DNA of 64,000 nucleotides from Vulcanimicrobiota bacterium (GCA_050250895.1 JBFWNU010000005.1:512001-576000), one strand, 5' to 3'; positions 29,775-40,258 are shown, counted from the stretch's first letter. The notes: a model not told the origin generated them from the sequence alone. A program made the numbers and translations.

Positions 29775-30038
29775 ATGAGTCAGGAAGTTCGCGCTCGCCG
29801 CAAAGTTCGCATCGGCACCGTGGTTAGCGACAAGATGGACAAGACGGTCGTCGTCGAGGTCACTCGTCAGTTCCCGCACCGCCTTTACAAGAAAATCATC
29901 AAGCGCTCGAAGAAGTTCAAGGCGCACGACGAAGAAAACGCCTGTTCGATCGGCGACGTGGTCCGCATCATGGAGACGCGGCCTTTGTCCCGTGACAAGC
30001 GTTGGCGCGTCGTGACCATTCTCGAGAAGGCTCGCTAG
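29775..30038 (+). CDS. rpsQ: 30S ribosomal protein S17
   Basis: [15 protein letters not shown]. Confidence 0.99.
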   Translation: MSQEVRARRKVRIGTVVSDKMDKTVVVEVTRQFPHRLYKKIIKRSKKFKAHDEENACSIGDVVRIMETRPLSRDKRWRVVTILEKAR

Positions 30039-30049
30039 CGGAGGTAGAC

Positions 30050-30418
30050 ATGGTTCAACAAGAGAGTCGACTGCGGGTCGCCGACAACTCCGGCGCCCGC
30101 GAGATCTTGTGTATACGCGTCCTGGGTGGATCGGTCCGTCGCTATGCGGGCATCGGTGATATCATCGTAGCCAGCGTCAAAGCGGCCCAGCCCGGCGGCG
30201 CCATCAAAAAGGGCGACGTCGTCAAAGCGGTCGTGGTGCGCACCAAGCAGCGCATTCGCCGCCCAGACGGGTCTTACATCCGGTTCGACGATAACGCGGC
30301 GGTCATCATTCGTGAAGACCTCAACCCTCGTGGCACCCGTATCTTCGGCCCCGTCGCCCGCGAGCTGCGCGACCGCGACTTCATGAAGATCGTGTCGCTG
30401 GCCCCGGAGGTGCTGTGA
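30050..30418 (+). CDS. rplN: 50S ribosomal protein L14
   Basis: [22 protein letters not shown]. Confidence 0.99.
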   Translation: MVQQESRLRVADNSGAREILCIRVLGGSVRRYAGIGDIIVASVKAAQPGGAIKKGDVVKAVVVRTKQRIRRPDGSYIRFDDNAAVIIREDLNPRGTRIFGPVARELRDRDFMKIVSLAPEVL

Positions 30419-30762
30419 TGTCAAAACGACATGTCAAAAAAGGCGACCAGGTCCTGGTTCTCACCGGCCGTGACAAGGGTCGCAAAGGAACCGTCCTCGA
30501 GGTGAATACCGAGAAGAATCGGGTAGTGGTGGAAGGCGTCAACATCGTCAAACGTCACCAGAAGCCCCAGCCTCCGGCTATTCCTCAGGGTGGTATCGTC
30601 GAGAAAGCTCTCTCGATTCACATCAGTAACGTGATGGTCATTTCGCCGGCCGATGGCAAGCCTACCCGCGTGCGTCGCGAGCGGCGCGAGTCCGACGACG
30701 GCAAGACCCGCGGCGTACGGTTGTCCAAAAAGGGTGACGACCTCTACGTCAAGGGTAAATAG
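30418..30762 (+). CDS. rplX: 50S ribosomal protein L24
   Basis: KKGDQV, GRDKG, IHISNV. Confidence 0.98.
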   Translation: MSKRHVKKGDQVLVLTGRDKGRKGTVLEVNTEKNRVVVEGVNIVKRHQKPQPPAIPQGGIVEKALSIHISNVMVISPADGKPTRVRRERRESDDGKTRGVRLSKKGDDLYVKGK

Positions 30763-30773
30763 CGGAGGAAGAG

Positions 30774-31415
30774 ATGGCGAAGAAACAGCCTCAGAAACAA
30801 GCAAAAGCCGGCAAAGGGAAAGACAGCGGAGGCGGCAAGAAGGACAAAGCCGCGGTCGCTCCTGACAAGATTCCCCTTCGCCTTCAGGAGATCTACAATC
30901 AGTCCGTTCGCACGGGCATGATGGAGAAATTCAAATACACCAACGTGATGGAGATCCCCCGACTCGAGAAGGTGATCGTAAACATGGGTGTGGGCGAGGC
31001 GATCGCCAACCCCAAGACCCTCGAGAACGCCGTCCGCGAACTCGAGCAGATCACCGGCCAGAAGCCGGTCGTCACCAAGGCTCGCAAGTCGATCTCGAAC
31101 TTCAAGCTGCGCCAGGGTGTCAAGATCGGAACCAAGGTGACGCTGCGTCGCCAGAAGATGTGGTTCTTCCTTGACAAGCTGTTCAACATCGTCCTGCCGC
31201 GCATTCGCGACTTCCGTGGACTGTCGGCCAAGGCGTTTGACGGCCGTGGCAACTATGCGATGGGTCTCAAAGAGCAGATCATCTTCCCCGAGATCGACTA
31301 CGACAAGGTCGACCGCGTGCGGGGTATGAACATCTGTATCGTGACCACCGCCAACACCGACGAAGAGGGTGCCGAGATGCTGCGCTTGCTGGGCTGCCCG
31401 ATTCAGGTTAAGTAA
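30774..31415 (+). CDS. rplE: 50S ribosomal protein L5 (Lys-rich N-terminal extension)
   Basis: [22 protein letters not shown]. Confidence 0.98.
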   Translation: MAKKQPQKQAKAGKGKDSGGGKKDKAAVAPDKIPLRLQEIYNQSVRTGMMEKFKYTNVMEIPRLEKVIVNMGVGEAIANPKTLENAVRELEQITGQKPVVTKARKSISNFKLRQGVKIGTKVTLRRQKMWFFLDKLFNIVLPRIRDFRGLSAKAFDGRGNYAMGLKEQIIFPEIDYDKVDRVRGMNICIVTTANTDEEGAEMLRLLGCPIQVK

Positions 31416-31440
31416 GGTTATTTAGGAAAGGGATAAGAAG

Positions 31441-31842
31441 ATGCCGACCACCGATCCGATTGCGGACATGCTGACCAGAATTCGCAACGCCAATAAGGCG
31501 ATGCATGAACAGTGCGACATCCCCGCCTCCAAGATGAAGGAGCGGATCGCCAAGGTGCTCAAGACCGAAGGGTTCATCAAGGACTATCAGGTCATCAACA
31601 CCGGCGTTCAAGGAGTCATCCGGGTGTCGCTTAAGTATAGCTCGCATGACCGCTCTCGCGTCATTTCCGGCCTCGAGCGCGTCAGCCGTCCCGGCTTGCG
31701 CAAGTATGCCGGTTCGGGCGATATCCCTCGCCTTTATGGCGGTATGGGCACCGTCATCATGTCGACTCCCAAGGGAGTGATGACCGGCAAGAAGGCCCAA
31801 AAACAGAAGGTGGGCGGCGAAGTTCTCGCCTACGTTTGGTAG
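31441..31842 (+). CDS. rpsH: 30S ribosomal protein S8
   Basis: DPIADMLTRIRNA, GGEVLAYVW. Confidence 0.99.
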   Translation: MPTTDPIADMLTRIRNANKAMHEQCDIPASKMKERIAKVLKTEGFIKDYQVINTGVQGVIRVSLKYSSHDRSRVISGLERVSRPGLRKYAGSGDIPRLYGGMGTVIMSTPKGVMTGKKAQKQKVGGEVLAYVW

Positions 31843-31853
31843 AGGAGTAGAGC

Positions 31854-32408
31854 ATGTCTCGAATTGGCAAGAAACCGATCCCCGTTCCCAAAGGGGTGGA
31901 TATCAAAGTCGCAGAGGGCTTGGTCACGGTGAAGGGTCCCAAGGGTCAACTGACCCAGCACGTGGATCCCCTGCTCGACATCCAGGTCAATGACGGCGTT
32001 CTCGAGGTCAAACGGCCTAACAACGATCGTCGCCTGCGGGCCCAGCACGGTTTGGTTCGGACTCTATTGTCGAACATGGTAACCGGCGTGACCGAGGGAT
32101 TCACTCGCTCGCTTCAAATCATCGGCGTGGGCTATCGTTGCGCCGCGGCCGGCAAAGGTCTTGAGTTGCAACTGGGCTTCTCTCACCCGGTGAAGATCGA
32201 CCCTATCGAAGGGATCGACTTCGAGGTCGAGGTTGACAACCGCGCCAAAATCAATAAGATTCACATTCGCGGCATCGATAAGCAGCGTGTCGGCCAGGTG
32301 GCCGCCAACCTGCGCGGCATCCGTCCGCCCGAGCCCTACAAGGGTAAAGGCATTCGTTATGTCAACGAGGTCGTGGCCAAGAAAGAGGGTAAGGCCGGTA
32401 AGGCTTAA
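31854..32408 (+). CDS. rplF: 50S ribosomal protein L6
   Basis: [17 protein letters not shown]. Confidence 0.99.
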   Translation: MSRIGKKPIPVPKGVDIKVAEGLVTVKGPKGQLTQHVDPLLDIQVNDGVLEVKRPNNDRRLRAQHGLVRTLLSNMVTGVTEGFTRSLQIIGVGYRCAAAGKGLELQLGFSHPVKIDPIEGIDFEVEVDNRAKINKIHIRGIDKQRVGQVAANLRGIRPPEPYKGKGIRYVNEVVAKKEGKAGKA

Positions 32409-32419
32409 GGAGTACAGTC

Positions 32420-32785
32420 ATGATCAACAAGTTGCCCAAGAACAAAGCCCGCCGCTTTCGCCAGGTCCGTGTGCGCAAGAAGGTTCACGGGACCGCCGAG
32501 CGACCTCGTCTGGCCGTCTTTCGCAGCATCAAACACGTTTATGCCCAGCTCATCGACGACGAGAACGGCGTGACCCTCGTGTCCGCCAGTTCGCTGGACG
32601 CGCCGCTTAAAGGTGAAGCCGGTCTGTCGGTCAAGCAGAAAGCCGAAAAGGTCGGAGCCCTGGCCGCTGAACGCGCTCTGGAGAAGGGCATTTCGACGGT
32701 CGTCTTCGACCGCGCCGGCTATAAATACCACGGACGGATCGCCGCTCTGGCTCAAGCCGCCCGCGAGAAGGGCCTGAATTTCTAG
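32420..32785 (+). CDS. rplR: 50S ribosomal protein L18
   Basis: [19 protein letters not shown]. Confidence 0.99.
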   Translation: MINKLPKNKARRFRQVRVRKKVHGTAERPRLAVFRSIKHVYAQLIDDENGVTLVSASSLDAPLKGEAGLSVKQKAEKVGALAAERALEKGISTVVFDRAGYKYHGRIAALAQAAREKGLNF

Positions 32786-32793
32786 GAGGAGCT

Positions 32794-33381
32794 ATGAGAA
32801 GTCGCAAGCGTATCGACCCGTCCGGTCTGGATCTGCGCGAGCAGGTCGTGAAAATTAATCGCGTTTCGAAGGTGGTCAAAGGGGGTAAGCGTTTCTCGTT
32901 CTCCGCTCTCGTAGTGGTGGGAGACGGCCGCGGCCACGTCGGGGCCGGATTGGGTAAGGCGGGTGAAGTTCCCGAGGCGATCCGCAAGGGCGCCGAGGCC
33001 GCTAAGAAGTCCCTCATCCGGGTTCCGGTCGAAGGCTCGACCATCCCTCACTACCACGTGGCGCAGTTCGGAGCGGTGCGAGTTATGCTCAAGCCGGCTG
33101 CTCCCGGAACCGGCGTTATCGCCGGCGGCCCCGTCCGCGCCGTGGTGGAATTGGCTGGGATTCGCGACATTCTCTCGAAGTCGTTGGGTTCTGACAACGC
33201 CATCAACATCGTTTACGCGACCATCAAAGGTTTGGGTGAGCTGATGTGGGTAGAAGACGTGGCGGCCCGTCGCGGTAAAACCGTCGAGGAATTGGTCGGC
33301 CCGAAAATTGCCGGACTGGTGCAAGAGCGCCAGGCTCAGGCTGCGGCACCTCAGCCCAGCTTCGAATCGTCCCACGTGTAG
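32794..33381 (+). CDS. rpsE: 30S ribosomal protein S5
   Basis: [19 protein letters not shown]. Confidence 0.99.
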   Translation: MRSRKRIDPSGLDLREQVVKINRVSKVVKGGKRFSFSALVVVGDGRGHVGAGLGKAGEVPEAIRKGAEAAKKSLIRVPVEGSTIPHYHVAQFGAVRVMLKPAAPGTGVIAGGPVRAVVELAGIRDILSKSLGSDNAINIVYATIKGLGELMWVEDVAARRGKTVEELVGPKIAGLVQERQAQAAAPQPSFESSHV

Positions 33382-33402
33382 AGAATATTTGGAGGCAGTG
33401 CA

Positions 33403-33840
33403 GTGACTGGCAACAACCTTAAACCCAACAAAGGCGCTCGGCAGCAACTCCGTCGGGTATGTCGTGGCGGCAAGCTCGGCAAAACCGGTGGACGTGGCTA
33501 CAACGGTCAGGGCTCCCGTTCCGGCGGTGGCAAGGGTCCGGGATTCGAGGGTGGACAGACTCCCTGGTTCCGGCGCCTGCCGAAATACCGTGGGTTCCGA
33601 AATCCTTTCCGGACCGAGTTCGAAGAGATCAGCCTGGCCCAACTCAACCAGTTCGACAACGGCACGCATGTGACGCCTGAACTTCTGGTCGAGCACAAGG
33701 TCGTTCGCTCCCTTCGTAAGCCCATCAAAGTTTTGGGCAACGGCGAGCTTTCCAAGAAGTTGACGGTCGCGCTGCACGCATTCACGGGTCCGGCGCGCGA
33801 GGCTATTGAGGGTGCCGGCGGAAAAACTGAGGTGATCTAG
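33403..33840 (+). CDS. rplO: 50S ribosomal protein L15
   Basis: [19 protein letters not shown]. Confidence 0.98.
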   Translation: MTGNNLKPNKGARQQLRRVCRGGKLGKTGGRGYNGQGSRSGGGKGPGFEGGQTPWFRRLPKYRGFRNPFRTEFEEISLAQLNQFDNGTHVTPELLVEHKVVRSLRKPIKVLGNGELSKKLTVALHAFTGPAREAIEGAGGKTEVI

Positions 33841-33844
33841 ATCC

Positions 33845-35137
33845 ATGCTCGGCAGCTTCTTTAAGGCTTTTTCGGTTCCGGAAGTCCGGGACCGAATTCT
33901 TTGGTTATTCGGGGGATTTGCCATCTTCGCGTTGGCTGTCCACGTTCCCATTCCGGGTGTCAATCGCACGGTATGGCACGAGTTGCTAGCCCAAGGCCAA
34001 CTCTTCCAACTCCTGGGGATGTTCACCGGTGGCGCTCTTAACAAGTTCTCGATCGCGGCGATGGGCATTACGCCCTACATCAACGCCTCGATCATCATGC
34101 AACTCCTCACCGTCGTCATCCCCCAGCTCAAAGACCTCCAAAAAGAGGGCGGCGAGCACGGCCGGCGCAAGCTGGGCGCCTGGACCCGTCAGCTCACCAT
34201 GGTGCTGGCCGTCCTGCAGGGCAGCATGATGGTGACCTCGCTGCACAGCCTTAAGACCAGAAGCGTCTTCGTCTCGGATTCGCCTTTCTACCTGGTCATG
34301 GTCGTGACCGCCCTGGTAGGTGGCACCGCCTTCCTGATGTGGCTGGGCGAGCTCATGTCCGACAAGGGCATCGGCAACGGCGTCTCGCTGTTGATCTTCG
34401 CCGGTATCGTCATGTCCTACCCGCGTTACGTCCACGACGCCATCGTCTCGGCTATGGGCCAGGGCGTGCGCTCGGGTGTCATTCCTCTGATTTTCTTCTT
34501 CCTGGTGGCTTTCGTCCTGGTGTGTTCCATCGTGGCCATCACGCTGGGTCAGCGCAAAGTGCCGGTCCAGTATCCCAAGCGCCAGGTCGGCCGCAAGGTC
34601 TATGGCGGCCAGTCGTCCTACATCCCCATCCGGGTCAACAACTCGGGCGTCATCTCGCTGATCTTCGCCATCTCGATCATGTTCTTGCCGGCCACGCTGG
34701 CGGGCTTCATCCCTGGCGAAGTCGGCGCGACCATGAAAGACTTCCTGGTCTCCTATTTCCACGAGCGCACCATCCAGTACAACCTGGTCTACATGGGGCT
34801 GGTCATCTTCTTCACCTACTTCTACTCGGCCATCACCTTTAACGTCGAAGATCTGGCTGACAATCTGAAGAAGGCCGGCGGCTTCATCCCCGGCATTCGC
34901 CCCGGTCGTCCCACCGCCGAGTATCTCGACAAGATTCTCAACCGCCTCAACCTGGTTGCCGGAATCTATCTGGCCACTCTGGCCGTGGCCCCGACGCTGG
35001 TAATGCGTCTCACCGGTGTGACCAGCTTCTATCTCGGGGCTACCTCGCTACTCATCATCGTCGGTGTGGCTCTAGACACCATGCAGCAGATCGAGGCTCG
35101 CCTTGTCATGCGGCACTATCAGGGCTTCATGAAATAG
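33845..35137 (+). CDS. secY: Preprotein translocase subunit SecY
   Basis: GITPYINASII, GIGNGVSL, IPGIRPG. Confidence 0.99.
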   Translation: MLGSFFKAFSVPEVRDRILWLFGGFAIFALAVHVPIPGVNRTVWHELLAQGQLFQLLGMFTGGALNKFSIAAMGITPYINASIIMQLLTVVIPQLKDLQKEGGEHGRRKLGAWTRQLTMVLAVLQGSMMVTSLHSLKTRSVFVSDSPFYLVMVVTALVGGTAFLMWLGELMSDKGIGNGVSLLIFAGIVMSYPRYVHDAIVSAMGQGVRSGVIPLIFFFLVAFVLVCSIVAITLGQRKVPVQYPKRQVGRKVYGGQSSYIPIRVNNSGVISLIFAISIMFLPATLAGFIPGEVGATMKDFLVSYFHERTIQYNLVYMGLVIFFTYFYSAITFNVEDLADNLKKAGGFIPGIRPGRPTAEYLDKILNRLNLVAGIYLATLAVAPTLVMRLTGVTSFYLGATSLLIIVGVALDTMQQIEARLVMRHYQGFMK

Positions 35138-35144
35138 GGGAGAA

Positions 35145-35825
35145 GTGGCCAGTAAACCCTCGAGAATCGTCCTCATCGGCCCGCCCGGCGCGGGTAAGGG
35201 AACCCAGGCGGAATACCTTCGGGACCGCCACGGGGTTCCCCATATTTCTACTGGCGACATGTTGCGCGAGCAGATTCGCAGCCACACGCCGCTCGGTCAA
35301 GAGGCTCAGGTTTATATCAACCAGGGTCTGCTGGTCCCCGACGCCCTGATCTTCTCGGTCCTAAAAGACCGGCTGGCCAAGACCGACGTCGACAAAGGCT
35401 ACATCCTGGACGGCTTTCCCCGCTCGCGGGGTCAGGCCGAGGCCCTCGACGAGTTTCTCAAGCGGCATCATCAAGAACTCACCGGCGCTCTGTTGCTGAC
35501 CCTCGATGACGATATCATCGTACGCCGCCTGTCCAATCGGCGGGTGTGCCCCGAGTGCGGTCGCGTCTATCACCTCATCAACAACAAGCCGCGCACCGCG
35601 GATCGTTGTGACGAGTACAAGTGCCGGGCTACTCTAATCCAGCGCGAAGACGACCGGGAAGAAGCCATTCGCACCCGGCTGCGCGTCTACGCCGAGCAGA
35701 CCCGTCCGGTCATCGACTACTATCGCGAGAAAGACATCCTCCACGAAGTCAACGCCGACCAGGAGATCCTGCGAGTCCAGATCGAAATCGAGCGTTTCCT
35801 CGAGGGAAGGCCTGCCGCCCGATGA
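35145..35825 (+). CDS. adk: Adenylate kinase (Cys-containing LID)
   Basis: GPPGAGKGTQ, ISTGDMLR, LDGFPR, CPEC. Confidence 0.98.
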   Translation: MASKPSRIVLIGPPGAGKGTQAEYLRDRHGVPHISTGDMLREQIRSHTPLGQEAQVYINQGLLVPDALIFSVLKDRLAKTDVDKGYILDGFPRSRGQAEALDEFLKRHHQELTGALLLTLDDDIIVRRLSNRRVCPECGRVYHLINNKPRTADRCDEYKCRATLIQREDDREEAIRTRLRVYAEQTRPVIDYYREKDILHEVNADQEILRVQIEIERFLEGRPAAR

Positions 35826-36091
35826 CCCTCACCTCGGCCGACCTCACCCTGTCCCGTCCCAGGACAGGGCGCACCGCACTGTTCTGCCAGGCTCTTCAGC
35901 CAAGGGCGGCTAGCTGCCGCCTGACCAGTCGCACCGCCCACCTGCGCCCCCTGACCAGCCGCGCAGCCGCCACCGCGCAAGCTACGCCCCTGACCAGCCG
36001 TGCAGCCGCCACCGCGCAAGCCACGTCCCTGACCGACCGCGCAGTGGCTCAGGCCAGGCCCAAGCTCCTACGGCCAGGAGCGCCCCGATGA
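35822..36091 (+). other. Inserted segment with 39-bp tandem repeats and an 89-codon ORF coupled to adk and map
   Basis: ATGA overlaps at both ends; CTGACC-initiated units at 35951, 35990, 36029. Confidence 0.55.
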
Positions 36092-36837
36092 TTCTGCTCA
36101 AGTCCGAACGAGAAATTGCCCTCATCGACCATGCCGGCACCGTCCTCTACCAGGTGCTCCAGCTGGTCAATGAAGCCTGCCAGGTCGGCGTGCGCACTCG
36201 CGAACTCGATAAGCTGGCCGAAGACTTCATCCTCAAGAACGACTGCAAGCCCGCCTTCAAAGGCTACCAGGGCTTCCCGGCCACGCTGTGCATCTCCATC
36301 AACGAAGAGGTCGTTCACGGCATCCCCAGCTCTCGCAAAGTCAAGGCCGGCGACCTGGTCAGCGTCGACTGCGGAGTCGTCTGGGAGGGTTACATCGCCG
36401 ACTCGGCCATCACCATCCCGGTGGGCGACATCCCCGAAAATCATCAAAAGTTGCTAGACGTCACCAAAGAGTCCCTTTATCTGGGCATCGAGCAAGCTCG
36501 CCTCGGCAATCATGTCCGAGACATCTCCAAGGCCGTCCAGGACTGCGTCGAAGCCGCTGGCTTCTCGGTGGTCCGCGAACTGGTCGGCCACGGAGTCGGC
36601 CGCGAGATGCACGAAGAGCCCCAGGTTCCCAACTATGCCACGCCTCAGCGCGGCCCCAAGTTGGAAGAGGGAATGGTGATCGCAATCGAGCCCATGGTCA
36701 ACCTCGGCGACTATCGAGTCCGGGTCAAGCGCGACAAGTGGACTATCGAAACCCTCGACCGAAAACCGTCGGCTCATTTCGAACACACGGTGGCCATTAC
36801 AAAGAATGGTCCCAGGATCTTGACGAACGCAACCTAA
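36088..36837 (+). CDS. map: Methionine aminopeptidase type I
   Basis: SINEEVVHGIP, GHGVG, AIEPMVN, SAHFEHT. Confidence 0.98.
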   Translation: MILLKSEREIALIDHAGTVLYQVLQLVNEACQVGVRTRELDKLAEDFILKNDCKPAFKGYQGFPATLCISINEEVVHGIPSSRKVKAGDLVSVDCGVVWEGYIADSAITIPVGDIPENHQKLLDVTKESLYLGIEQARLGNHVRDISKAVQDCVEAAGFSVVRELVGHGVGREMHEEPQVPNYATPQRGPKLEEGMVIAIEPMVNLGDYRVRVKRDKWTIETLDRKPSAHFEHTVAITKNGPRILTNAT

Positions 36838-36909
36838 GTACGTAGAATAGCCGGGTATCTTTTAGGGACACCCGCAAAACACAAGCAAAATAAGGAAAGC
36901 CAAGAACTC

Positions 36910-37140
36910 GTGGCCGACCCACCAGAACCCGAGCAGGAAGGAACCATCACGGAAATCCTTCCCAACTCCATGTTCCGGGTGAAGTTGGCCAAAGGCGAAC
37001 TGGTGCTGGCCCACGTGGCCGGCAACCTGCGCAACCTGATGACGCGAGTTCTCATCGGCGACCGGGTTCGGGTAGAACTGTCTCGGTATCATCCGGGGCG
37101 GGGGCGAATCACGGACCACCAGCCGGGCCGACCCCGGTAG
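36910..37140 (+). CDS. infA: Translation initiation factor IF-1 (divergent)
   Basis: EG.I.E.LPN.MFRV.L, LAH, GDRV.VELS.Y..RGRI; syntenic position. Confidence 0.85.
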   Translation: MADPPEPEQEGTITEILPNSMFRVKLAKGELVLAHVAGNLRNLMTRVLIGDRVRVELSRYHPGRGRITDHQPGRPR

Positions 37141-37153
37141 AAGGAGGAGACGG

Positions 37154-37267
37154 ATGCAAGTCAGACCGTCGGTTAAAAAACGGTGCGAGAAGTGCCGCAT
37201 CATCGTGCGCAAAGGACGGGTCCGCGTGATCTGTTCAAATCCTAAGCACAAGCAGATCCAGGGTTAG
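37154..37267 (+). CDS. rpmJ: 50S ribosomal protein L36 (Zn-ribbon type); absent from the ORF track
   Basis: Hand translation [37 protein letters not shown]; AAGGAGG RBS. Confidence 0.98.
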   Translation: MQVRPSVKKRCEKCRIIVRKGRVRVICSNPKHKQIQG

Positions 37268-37277
37268 GAAGAGAACA

Positions 37278-37649
37278 ATGGCTAGAATTTCAGGCGTAGA
37301 CCTTCCGCGTGACAAGCGCGTCGTCGTTGGTCTGACCTATATCTTCGGTATCGGTCGAACCACCAGTGATCGCATCCTCGCGGCAACCGGCATCGATCCC
37401 TCCACCCGCGTGCGTGCCCTGACCGAAGACGAAGTCTCGAAGCTGCGTGAGTACATCGAGAAACACGTCAAAGTCGAAGGTGACCTTCGTCGTGAAGTGA
37501 CCCAGAACATCAAGCGGTTGATCGAAATCAACTGCTACCGTGGCATCCGCCACCGTCGTAGCCTGCCCGTTCGCGGTCAGCGCACCAAGACCAATGCGCG
37601 CACTCGCAAAGGTCCCAAGCGCACCGTCGGACGTCGCAAGAAGGGCTAA
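37278..37649 (+). CDS. rpsM: 30S ribosomal protein S13
   Basis: [25 protein letters not shown]. Confidence 0.99.
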   Translation: MARISGVDLPRDKRVVVGLTYIFGIGRTTSDRILAATGIDPSTRVRALTEDEVSKLREYIEKHVKVEGDLRREVTQNIKRLIEINCYRGIRHRRSLPVRGQRTKTNARTRKGPKRTVGRRKKG

Positions 37650-37669
37650 ATTTTTGGAGGTAGTTCCCC

Positions 37670-38068
37670 ATGGCTAAGGGTAAAAAGAAAGTCACCCGTA
37701 CCAAAAAGAAGGTCACAAAGAACATCCCTCGCGGGGTGGCTCACATCCAGTCGACCTTTAACAACACCGTCGTTACCATCACCGATATGCAGGGGAACGC
37801 CGTTTCCTGGGCTTCGGCTGGCGGACAGGGCTTCCGCGGTTCGCGCAAGAGCACCCCGTTCGCGGCCGGCGTCGCCGCCGAGAAGGCTGCCCGCAGCGCG
37901 GGTGAGCACGGAATGCGCAGTCTGGAAGTGTACGTCAAAGGACCGGGTTCCGGTCGTGAGGCTGCCATCCGCTCGCTTCAGGCCGCTGGAATGGACATCA
38001 CCCTGATCCGTGACGTAACCCCCATCCCGCACAACGGCTGCCGCCCTCCCAAGCGGCGCCGCGTATAA
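37670..38068 (+). CDS. rpsK: 30S ribosomal protein S11
   Basis: [16 protein letters not shown]. Confidence 0.99.
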   Translation: MAKGKKKVTRTKKKVTKNIPRGVAHIQSTFNNTVVTITDMQGNAVSWASAGGQGFRGSRKSTPFAAGVAAEKAARSAGEHGMRSLEVYVKGPGSGREAAIRSLQAAGMDITLIRDVTPIPHNGCRPPKRRRV

Positions 38069-38106
38069 CAAACTAGACACAGAGAGAGATCTCAGTAGGA
38101 GGAACC

Positions 38107-38736
38107 GTGGCCAGGTATACTGGACCGGTGTGCCGTCAGTGCCGCCGAGAAATGACCAAACTCTTCTTGAAGGGAGAGCGCTGCTTCACCAGCAAGTGCG
38201 CTATCGAGCGTCGTGCTTATCCTCCCGGACAACATGGACCGGGACGGCAGAAGAAGCTCTCCCAGTACGGCATCCAGCTGCGCGAAAAGCAGAAGCTGCG
38301 TCGCATCTATGGCGTCAACGAGCGGCAGTTCCGCACCTACTTCAAAAAGGCTGCCTCGCAGCCCGGCGTGTCGGGTGAGAACTTCCTGGCCCTGCTCGAG
38401 CGTCGTCTCGACAACGTGGTCTACCGTCTCGGTTTTGCCGCTTCGCGCGCTGGCGCTCGCCAGCTCGTGGCGCACGGCAACGTGGCCATCAACGGCAAGA
38501 AGGTCGACATCCCCTCCTACGTCGTGCGGCCCGGTGAAGAGGTGTCCGTGATGGAGCGCCACAAGAATAACCCCTTCATCGAGGAATCCGTCGGGCGGGC
38601 ACGTATCCGTCAGATACCTCAGTGGCTCGAACTCGATGGCGACCAGCCCAAAGGCAAGGTCGACCACCTGCCTTCGCGCGCCGAGATCGACACCCTGGTC
38701 AACGAGCAGCTGATCGTCGAGTTCTACTCGAAGTAA
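38107..38736 (+). CDS. rpsD: 30S ribosomal protein S4
   Basis: [29 protein letters not shown]. Confidence 0.99.
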   Translation: MARYTGPVCRQCRREMTKLFLKGERCFTSKCAIERRAYPPGQHGPGRQKKLSQYGIQLREKQKLRRIYGVNERQFRTYFKKAASQPGVSGENFLALLERRLDNVVYRLGFAASRAGARQLVAHGNVAINGKKVDIPSYVVRPGEEVSVMERHKNNPFIEESVGRARIRQIPQWLELDGDQPKGKVDHLPSRAEIDTLVNEQLIVEFYSK

Positions 38737-38759
38737 GCCTTTTAAGTTAGGAGCACGCA

Positions 38760-39713
38760 ATGCTAGACGCACTGCTACAAACAGCCACCACCGTCGAGGA
38801 AGAGATCGAGCCTCGCGTAACCGCGGTCTCCGACCACGCCTTCGTGGTCGAGCCCCTCGAGCGCGGCTTCGGCATCACCCTGGGCAACTCGCTCCGGCGG
38901 GTGCTGCTGTCGGCCCTCACCGGCGCCGCCATCACCCACGTTCGCATCGACGGCGTGCTGCATGAATTCACCACCCTTCCCGGCGTGCGTGAAGACATCA
39001 CCGAGATCATTCTCAACCTCAAGCGCCTCAATCTCAAGGTGACCACCAGCAAGCGCAAATTGCTGCGCCTGGAGGCCTCCGGCCCTGGCATCGTGACCCC
39101 GGCCGACATCTTGCCCGACCCCGAAGTGCAGATCCTCAACCCCGAGTTGCACCTGGCCACCCTCGAAAAGGGCGCCCGCCTCGGAATGGACCTCTACGTC
39201 ACCCAGGGCGTCGGCTATGTGCCTGCCGAAAAACAGGGCGATCAAGAGCAGGTCATCGGCATCATCCCGATCGACTCCATCTTCAGCCCTATCGTGAAGG
39301 TCAACTACCTGGTCGAAGACACCCGCATCGGTCAGCGCACCGACTTCGACAAGCTGACCCTCCAGGTCTGGACCGATGGCAGCATCAAGCCGTATGAAGC
39401 CATCTCCGAGGCCGCTCGCATCATGCAGACCTCGCTGTCGCTGTTCACCGAACTCGAGCCGCCCAGCAAGGCCGAGCACGAGCCGTCCGGCCCCGAGGCC
39501 GAACTCCTCGAGACTCCCATCGAAGACCTGCAACTTTCGGTGCGTTCGCTCAACTGCCTCAAGCGGGCCGGCATTCGCACCATCGGCGAGCTGCTCACCT
39601 ATTCCGAAGAAGACGTGATGAAGCTCAAGAACTTCGGTCAAAAATCCCTCGACGAGATCAAAGACAAGCTGGTCGAGCGCAACCTGTCGCTCCAGCCCAG
39701 CACGCCCGACTAA
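38760..39713 (+). CDS. rpoA: RNA polymerase alpha subunit
   Basis: EPLERGFG.TLGNSLRRVLLS, LSVRSLNCLK. Confidence 0.99.
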   Translation: MLDALLQTATTVEEEIEPRVTAVSDHAFVVEPLERGFGITLGNSLRRVLLSALTGAAITHVRIDGVLHEFTTLPGVREDITEIILNLKRLNLKVTTSKRKLLRLEASGPGIVTPADILPDPEVQILNPELHLATLEKGARLGMDLYVTQGVGYVPAEKQGDQEQVIGIIPIDSIFSPIVKVNYLVEDTRIGQRTDFDKLTLQVWTDGSIKPYEAISEAARIMQTSLSLFTELEPPSKAEHEPSGPEAELLETPIEDLQLSVRSLNCLKRAGIRTIGELLTYSEEDVMKLKNFGQKSLDEIKDKLVERNLSLQPSTPD

Positions 39714-39733
39714 GGCGGATAACGGAGGCAATC

Positions 39734-40189
39734 ATGAGACACAGAGTCAAATCCAGAACCTTAGGGCGTCCCCAGGGTCACCGCATCAGCATGCTGCGGA
39801 ACATGGCCCGGTCGCTCATCCGCCATCGGCGCATCACCACCACCGAGGCTCGGGCCAAGGAGCTGTCCAGTTTCGTCGAGAAGCTGATCACCTCGGCCAT
39901 CAAGGCCCACCAGGCCGATTCCCCGGCGGAGACCCTGGCTCACAAGCGCCGCGTCTTCACTCACCTGAAGACCAGCGTCTCTAACGCCAGCCGTCGGGCT
40001 CGCGGCATGAAGCGTCAGCGTCCCGACCGCGAGTTGGCCCAGCAGCTGTTCGACCACATCGCTCCGCTGTATGCCAAGGGCGGTTCACTCGAGCGCGACC
40101 AGGGCGGCTACACCCGCGTGATTCGCCTCTACCCGCGCAAAGGTGACGGAGCCTCCATGGCCCTCATCGAACTCGTGGGCGGTCAGTAA
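39734..40189 (+). CDS. rplQ: 50S ribosomal protein L17
   Basis: MRHR, ITTTEARAKE, GGYTRV, RKGDGA. Confidence 0.97.
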   Translation: MRHRVKSRTLGRPQGHRISMLRNMARSLIRHRRITTTEARAKELSSFVEKLITSAIKAHQADSPAETLAHKRRVFTHLKTSVSNASRRARGMKRQRPDRELAQQLFDHIAPLYAKGGSLERDQGGYTRVIRLYPRKGDGASMALIELVGGQ

Positions 40190-40201
40190 CGACCGAACCT
40201 G

Positions 40202-40233
40202 AAAAAGCCCCGGCCGCAAGCCGGGGCTTTTTT
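40202..40233. terminator. Bidirectional intrinsic terminator ending the superoperon
   Basis: AAAAAGCCCCGGC-CGCAA-GCCGGGGCTTTTTT. Confidence 0.9.
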
Positions 40234-40258
40234 CATGTCCGCTGGCCGCCGTGGCGGG

